A stretch of DNA of 64,000 nt. Source: an uncultured cyanobacterium (lineage in GTDB: Bacteria; Cyanobacteriota; Cyanobacteriia; Cyanobacteriales; CAWCAG01). Position numbers and translations under genes: made by a program. Each line of letters opens with the position of its first letter. The stretch's first letter is position 1. The stretch is from contig CAWDOD010000007.1 of assembly GCA_963803805.1 (NCBI GenBank), positions 174,328-238,327 on the forward strand, read 5' to 3'. The notes under the pieces were generated by a model. That model saw only the letters and a list, made by a program, of their open reading frames with translations. It was not told where the DNA came from and searched no databases. Below, piece after piece: positions 57,966 through 64,000 of this stretch.

Positions 57966-59571
57966 ATGAAGGATTCAACAGTTTTGCCTGTAACTCTTAA
58001 ACAATCTCCGCGATGGTCTAGAGCCATTTTATGGACGATGATTAGTTTTACAACTTTTGGCATTACTTGGTCTTATTTCGCTACGATAGAACAAGCAATT
58101 ACAGTTACAGGGAAACTCAAACCAGAAGGTAATGTTCAAGAAATTCAAGCTCCTGTAGGAGGAGTAATCAAAGCTATTCATGTTGAGGAAGGAAGCCAAG
58201 TACAACCGGGGGAGGGCCTTAATTAGCTTTGATGTTACTACTAGCCAAGCAGAATTGAATGCTTTACAAAAGGTTCACGACTCTTTAAAAGCAGAAACTG
58301 AATTTTATCGCACTCTTTTAGACAAAGCCAATACTCAACCTTTAACAGAAGCTAGAATTCTGGCTTTAAATCTTCCTAAGAATATAGTAGATTTAGCTTT
58401 GAATCGTACTGCTTTAATAGCGGATAATCAATTTCTTCGTAGTCAAATAAATGGTAATCAACCTGATAATAAATGGGACAGAGATAAAACAGGGCGCTGG
58501 CACTCTACTAAAAGTTATTTAGATTCTGCTACTGCGGCTCAAGGTTTAGAAATTGAACAGAAACAACAACTATGGCGACAAAACCAAATTGAACTAGAAA
58601 ATGCTCGTAAACAGTTAAATACAGAGCAAAAAATTTTGCAAGAAATTAGCCAAAAAAATCAAATTACTACCGCTACAGCTAAAGATAGTTTAGTTCTTGA
58701 GCAAGAGATTTTTGCTAGCCTTGAACCTCTAGTTAAAGAAGGAGCTGTTTCTCAAGTTTACTACCAACGTCAGGCTCAAGAAGTCAAGCAAAGCTATCAG
58801 CTTTTTGAGCAAGAAAAATATCAAGGGCTTATTCAATATGAACAACAGCTACAACAAATCAAAAACATTCGTGCTGAAATAGCCAAATTAACAGCAGAAG
58901 GTAAACGTTTAAAACTAGACACCTTAAAAAGTAAGGAAGAATTAATTAGTAGTAAAGCAGCTTCAGAAACAGAACTTTGGGAGCAAATTGCTAACAATAA
59001 TCAGCAAGTTGCTACCATTAATAGCCAAATTGCTAAAAACATTGTTGAAAATAAAAAACGTTTAGCAGAAGTTGCTGGAAAAATGAGTAGCTTCCAGCAA
59101 GAATTAAAGTATCAACAATTAAAAGCCAGTTCTTCAGGTACTGTATTTGACTTACAAACTAGCTACCAAGAAGTTGTTAAAGCTGGAGAAACGGTTATGA
59201 AAATTGTTCCAGAATCCAAATTGGTTGCAGAGGTATTTATTCCTAATAAAGATATCGGTTTTATCCAACCAGGAATGCCAGTTAGTGTACGAGTAGAGAC
59301 TTTTTCTTTTAGCGAGTTTGGTGATATTAAAGGAGAAGTTATTTCCATAGGTTCTGATGCTCTTCCTCCCAACGAAACTCATCCTTTCTACCGTTTTCCA
59401 GCTAAAATAAAATTAACAGAACAGGTCATTAATTATAAAGGCAATCAACTATCTTTACGCTCAGGTATGTCTATTAGCGCTAGTATTATGATTGATACTG
59501 ACCGTAAAGTTATTAGTTTGTTCGTAGACCTTTTTGATAAAAAAATAGATGCTCTTAAAAGAGTGCGTTAA
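57966..59571 (+). pseudogene. HlyD-family T1SS membrane fusion protein with a +1 frameshift at about 58214 (real or assembly indel)
   Basis: LKQSPRWSRAILW...IQAPVGGVIKAIHVEEGSQVQPGE joins ALISFDVTT of ORF 58180-59571 if one G of GGGGGAGGG is removed. Confidence 0.85.
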
Positions 59572-59907
59572 ACAGCGGGGGGCATTATAAGTAACACTTT
59601 TCTTTTGGAAAGTTGTGATTAAATATTTTGAATTTACATAACTTCAAGTTTAAAAATGTCAAGCCCCAAAAAATTCTACAAATGACGCAAATTCGTCGTT
59701 TAATGGTACAATCAAGAAAATCACAATGCTACTCTTGTGTGCAAAACTCAATTGCAGTCTCTATAAGCTCGATAAAGCGTTAAAAAACTGGCTTTCTACC
59801 TTTAAATATCTAAAAATAAGGAGCTTAAGAAAATCTAATTTTCGAGGTAAGTTGAGAAGTTTTTTTGACAAAGTGTTATTTTCATGGTAGCGGATTTGGC
59901 TTAAGCT

Positions 59908-60922
59908 TCAATTTCTAAGATTAGCGATTCCAGAATCAATTAACTCACAACCTTGGGCAACACTTTCTAAACGCGATAGCTTGTCTCTCAACTCCGCAGC
60001 CCCTAAAAAACCTTTGGCATACCAAGCCATGTGTTTTCTAGATTGAAGGATACCTCGTTCCCCCTTATATTCCCACAACCCCTCTAAGTGTTCCTTTGCA
60101 CATTGCAGCCTTTCTATTGGGGTAGGTTGAGGCAACTTTATACCTCTTTTTAGGTAAGTATCTATTTCCCCTACCAAAAAGGGATAACCTAGAGTTCCTC
60201 GCGAACACATCACCCCATCTGCCCCAGTTTGAGTCAAGCATTTCACCGCAGCTTCTACTGAAAAGATATCGCCGTTAGCAATGACAGGAATAGTCAAAAC
60301 TTCCTTCACTTTCTTAATCCATTCCCACCTTGCAGAACCATTGTAACCTTGAGCGCGGGTACGAGCCATGCAACGTTAACATTGCTACCCCAGCATCTTC
60401 AAGGGCTTTAGCAAAGTCGAGGATGTTAATTTGGTCATCATCCCAACCTAAGCGAGTTTTTACCGTTACCGGAGCATCCACAGCTTGCGCCACTGCTTTA
60501 ACAATAGCCACTGCTACTTCCGGTTGCCTCAACAAAGAAGAACCACCACCCTTTTTGGTAATCTTATTAACCGGACAACCCATATTAATATCCACAGTAT
60601 CTGCTCCCTCTGCCACAGCTTTTCGGGCTGCTTCCCCCATAAAATCAGGGCGACAGTCAAAAAGTTGAATACTAATAGGACGCTCCTGTGGGTCAATTTC
60701 CATTAACTTAGGCAATTCCTGGAGATGGTGTATCTCCTTAGCGCTAACCATCTCCGTGTACATCATCGACTCCGGGGAGTAGCGCCTGACTAAACGCCTA
60801 AACACCAAGTCTGTCACTCCTGATAAGGGAGACTGCAAGACACGGCTATTAACTTTCACCGAACCAATTATCAAAGGGGTAGAAAGCTTGGTTTGTAAAG
60901 ACGAAGAAAGACTCTCAGACAT
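59908..60922 (-). pseudogene. dusB: tRNA-dihydrouridine synthase B with a +1 frameshift at about 60366 (real or assembly indel)
   Basis: QSPLSGVTD, DINMGCPVNKI, then LTLH joined to (A/G)RTRAQGY...IANGDI...GADGVMCSRG across two ORFs. Confidence 0.92.
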
Positions 60923-61017
60923 TTTTTAAAGATAAGCTATTTGGGATACAGTTAGCTTCAGTATTGCCAGAAGCTATAGGAGCAAGCTCCATAACTGTTT
61001 TTAATTTTTAATTAAAA

Positions 61018-61620
61018 TCAATACCCCCGCCATACCCCGACTAAAACTCCTTGTATATCTACTCTATCTGCGGCAACTTGGATGGGTGTATATTTAGGAT
61101 TGGAAGGTCTGAGGGTAACTTGATCTGCTTGGCGATAGAAGCGTTTTAAAGTAGTGCCGTGTCCTTCCACCCTGGCAGCCACAATTTCACCATTCTTAAC
61201 TTCATCTTTGGCTGGTACAGAACGCATAATGGCCATATCCCCTTCAGTAATATAGTCTTCAATCATGCTATCTCCTGTCACCCTCAAAGCAAAACAGTTG
61301 GGGCGTTGAATCAAATCTGATAAATCCAACTTCTCCTTTTCATCAGTAAAAGGTTCTACTAATCCCCCTGCGGCGATCGCTCCTAATACAGGCAATCCTT
61401 TTGCTTCTGCATGAAGAATGCGCAGGGTACGAGCTTTCCCTTCTGTCCAATCAATATAACCTTTAGACCGTAATCTCTCTAAGCGGCTCTGGATAGGCGC
61501 TGGAGATTTGAGGTTCATTGCTCGCATCATCTGTCTAATGGAAGGAGCATATTGGGAGGTGCGAATATATTCTACTAACCAATCAAATAGTTCCTTTTGA
61601 GCTTCGGTGAGAGGTTCCAT
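61018..61620 (-). CDS. lexA: Transcriptional repressor LexA
   Basis: APSIRQM...LKSPAPIQSRL; IAAG cleavage region; GDSM (Ser) and TLKR (Lys). Confidence 0.96.
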   Translation of the reverse strand: MEPLTEAQKELFDWLVEYIRTSQYAPSIRQMMRAMNLKSPAPIQSRLERLRSKGYIDWTEGKARTLRILHAEAKGLPVLGAIAAGGLVEPFTDEKEKLDLSDLIQRPNCFALRVTGDSMIEDYITEGDMAIMRSVPAKDEVKNGEIVAARVEGHGTTLKRFYRQADQVTLRPSNPKYTPIQVAADRVDIQGVLVGVWRGY

Positions 61621-61702
61621 AATTTTTTGTTCTTGAAAGATAGTTGTTTAATAGTAGTTAGGTTAATAAGAGTTTTATCCCTTTAACTAACTCCTATAAT
61701 TC

Positions 61703-61718
61703 TAGAACACTAGTACTA
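61703..61718 (-). promoter_or_regulatory. Cyanobacterial LexA (SOS) box upstream of lexA
   Basis: Minus strand TAGTACTAGTGTTCTA fits RGTACNNNDGTWCB and overlaps a TAGAAT -10-like hexamer (61704-61699). Confidence 0.8.
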
Positions 61719-61758
61719 GCAAAGAAAGTAATTGCTAATTGCTAGTTGGTTAACCTCA

Positions 61759-62685
61759 TCAACATAATCCCAATAAAGCAGCCAAAAGAGCTTGTTGAGC
61801 GTGCATTCTATTTTCTGCTTGTTCCCAAACTTTTGATTGTTTTCCTTCAATAACTGCTTCAGTTATTTCTTCGCCTCTATGGGCAGGCAAACAATGGAGG
61901 ACAATGGCTTCAGGATGAGCATTGTTGAGAATAGTGCCATTAACTTGATAATTTTGAAATACAGGTAAGCGGCTATCTGCCAAATCTTCTTGTCCCATAC
62001 TTGCCCAAACATCAGTATAGATAACATCGGCATTTTTTACTGCTTTCATGGGGTCATCGGTAAGCAAAACTTGGGAGCGATCGCCTGCAATATTTCGACC
62101 TTGTTCGACAATTTTTCTTTCGGGTTGATGATTAATCGGGGTAGCAAGGCTAATATTAATACCCATCAGGGCGCAACCTAAAAGTAGGGAATGGGCAACA
62201 TTATTGCCATCTCCTAAATAAGCTAAATTGACCCCACGGAGATCCTCAAAAGATTCTTGTATCGTTAATAAATCAGCCAAAATTTGACAGGGATGCTCCA
62301 AATCGCTTAAAGCATTGATAATGGGTATTTTGGTATATTTGGCAAAAATTTCTAAATCTTCTTGCTTAAAAGTACGAATTGCTAAAATATTCAGGTAACG
62401 GTCGAGAACTCTAGCTGTATCTGAGATTGGTTCTCCTCTGCCTACTTGAGTAACATTAGGATTAAGATCAATTACTTGCCCTCCCAGACGGTGCATCGCC
62501 ACAGTAAAACTAACACGGGTGCGAGTGGAAGCTTTATAAAATAGAAGTCCTAGTTCTTTATGGGTACGAAAAGAACGTTCTCCACTTTTAAGTTCTTTAG
62601 CTAGATGCAACAGTTCCTTAATTTCGGAAGAATTGAGGTCTGTTATTCTGAGAAAATCTCGTCCCTTTAAATCCTGTATGCCCAT
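61759..62685 (-). CDS. argF: Ornithine carbamoyltransferase
   Basis: KASTRTRVSF, HPCQILAD, GDGNNVAHS, DVWASMGQE, HCLPAHRG. Confidence 0.97.
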   Translation of the reverse strand: MGIQDLKGRDFLRITDLNSSEIKELLHLAKELKSGERSFRTHKELGLLFYKASTRTRVSFTVAMHRLGGQVIDLNPNVTQVGRGEPISDTARVLDRYLNILAIRTFKQEDLEIFAKYTKIPIINALSDLEHPCQILADLLTIQESFEDLRGVNLAYLGDGNNVAHSLLLGCALMGINISLATPINHQPERKIVEQGRNIAGDRSQVLLTDDPMKAVKNADVIYTDVWASMGQEDLADSRLPVFQNYQVNGTILNNAHPEAIVLHCLPAHRGEEITEAVIEGKQSKVWEQAENRMHAQQALLAALLGLC

Positions 62686-62831
62686 TGTTCAGTTGCTTAA
62701 TTTACCCAGATTAATAGCAAAGAGTATATTATATGCTGGAATTGAACTTTTGAATCGTATTTAAGTTGAACTTTTGGCTAGAAACTGGCAGATTTATAGA
62801 TGGAGGTTTAGTTAAAGATCAACATACATGA

Positions 62832-63428
62832 ATGGCTAGACATAAGGAATTTGATCGGGATGAGGTACTAAAAAAAGCAATGGAGTTGTTTTGGTATAAA
62901 GGTTATGAAGCAACTTCGGTTAGGGATTTAGTTAAGCATATGGGCATCAATCGAGGTAGTCTCTACGATACCTTTGGTGACAAACATAGCCTTTTTATGG
63001 CTGCTTTAGATTGCTATGGTGAAGGTTCTGCTTTAAAAGAGTTAGCCGAGTCTCCTCAAGGGGTTGCGGCTATCGGTCAGTTCTTTACTAATCTCCTGGG
63101 CTATTACACTACTAAAAAAGAGTGCGAAGGTTGCTTAATGACCAACACCTTAGTAGAATTAGCACTCCATGATTCAGATGCAGCTAACAAAATCACTGCT
63201 TATCTCCAACAAATGGAAGATGCTTTTTATCAAGCTTTGCTTTGGGGAAAAGAACAAGGAGAAATTAACCCAAGTCTAAATTTAAGAGCGATCGCTCGTT
63301 ATCTAACCAGTAGTGCCAATGGTTTAAGCGTTATGGCAAAAGCCAAACCAGATACTCAAGTTTTAAAAGATATTGTGGAGATGACTTTAGCTACCTTATC
63401 CAACCATTCGTTCCAGAATGGATTATAA
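62832..63428 (+). CDS. TetR/AcrR family transcriptional regulator
   Basis: MARHKEFDRDEVLKKAMELFWYKGYEATSVRDLVKHMGINRGSLYDTFGDK; GCLMTN. Confidence 0.93.
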   Translation: MARHKEFDRDEVLKKAMELFWYKGYEATSVRDLVKHMGINRGSLYDTFGDKHSLFMAALDCYGEGSALKELAESPQGVAAIGQFFTNLLGYYTTKKECEGCLMTNTLVELALHDSDAANKITAYLQQMEDAFYQALLWGKEQGEINPSLNLRAIARYLTSSANGLSVMAKAKPDTQVLKDIVEMTLATLSNHSFQNGL

Positions 63429-63764
63429 TTTTAGAAAAGGAAAATAATCCTACTTGCTCCCTACTCCCTTCACGAATGAAATATATCTTCAAATTCCAGA
63501 ATCTATGTAATATCTTCTTTACAAGAACTCTGTCTTAAATTACTCTGTTGGGAACTTACTAACTGATAAAGTATTCTTTGGTGAGTCTGGAATCGCCATT
63601 ATATGTTGAATTAATGACAATTAGCTAAGTTGCTCTATTTATTAGGAATTAAACTAACAAAAGTAAGGTGTACCCACACCAGATCTATTGATATAAAACT
63701 TCTTCGGAATATAGATTAACCAGGCTCTCGCAAATTTCTTTGCAACTGAACTAGAAGAAAAACT

Positions 63765-64000
63765 ATGCCACAACTAAATCTAAGCATTTCTAACCCCAGC
63801 CAAAGGCGATCAGGCCAACTAGAATCAACAACCACTGGGGGACAAAAATCAACAGAAATAGACATAGATTTTATCAACAAACAGTTTGTCAGGGCTGATG
63901 CTAACCAAATAGTTCAGTGGGGGGCAGATACTTTTGGTGATGAGTTAGTAATGACCACAAGCTTCGGCATCCAAGGGGCAGTTATGCTGCATCTAGTCAC
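63765..64000 (+). CDS. cysH: Phosphoadenylyl-sulfate reductase, 5' part; runs off the window edge
   Basis: Manual translation MPQLNL...[34 protein letters not shown]. Confidence 0.85.
   Translation, partial: MPQLNLSISNPSQRRSGQLESTTTGGQKSTEIDIDFINKQFVRADANQIVQWGADTFGDELVMTTSFGIQGAVMLHLV

Larger units (their letters stand above)
921..63296. repeat. HIP1 octamer GCGATCGC dispersed across the window
   Basis: Dozens of copies seen, for example at 921, 21840, 32532, 45958 and 61373; characteristic of cyanobacteria. Confidence 0.9.

Noticed and set aside
59704-59712. Extended -10-like TGGTACAAT in the convergent hlyD/dusB gap (possible sRNA or antisense promoter)
   Set aside because: A single short motif in AT-rich DNA; no supporting terminator or structure.
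1-64000. tRNA/rRNA genes
   Set aside because: No cloverleaf with GTTCRA/TGG motifs or rRNA-like sequence was recognised in the intergenic regions; a tRNAscan/Infernal run would confirm.

Overview
Cyanobacterial chromosome segment of roughly 40% GC. The HIP1 octamer GCGATCGC recurs throughout, and STRR-type heptamer arrays suggest a filamentous form; the species cannot be determined. Housekeeping genes (nadK, dapL, recQ, ribBA, argC, murG, ybaK, dusB, lexA, argF, start of cysH) are interleaved with secretion-rich accessory blocks. These blocks are: (i) two tandem internalin-like LRR genes bracketed by an intact IS982 and an IS remnant; (ii) a 15-kb locus of sigma factor, DUF1822, CHAT-CHASE2, DUF928, CHAT-TPR, TpsB, PEP-CTERM and TpsA genes; (iii) a RAYT (Y1) transposase flanked by 142-bp REPIN-like elements; (iv) a 1266-aa DUF4114-S8-amidase-SH3-CHAP protein with an N-terminal FILEPILTPSG motif, divergent from a GT4 / tandem-PqqD-like+M50 protease / HlyD operon that has no ABC transporter; (v) a decayed Abi/DUF2441 defence islet; (vi) two near-identical RTX beta-helix genes with a parvulin-HlyB-HlyD type I secretion module. 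Block (iv) is the best candidate for an undescribed system. Five genes carry single-base frameshifts, possibly assembly errors. No rRNA, tRNA or CRISPR array was seen. All family assignments come from motif recognition by eye, not from database searches.
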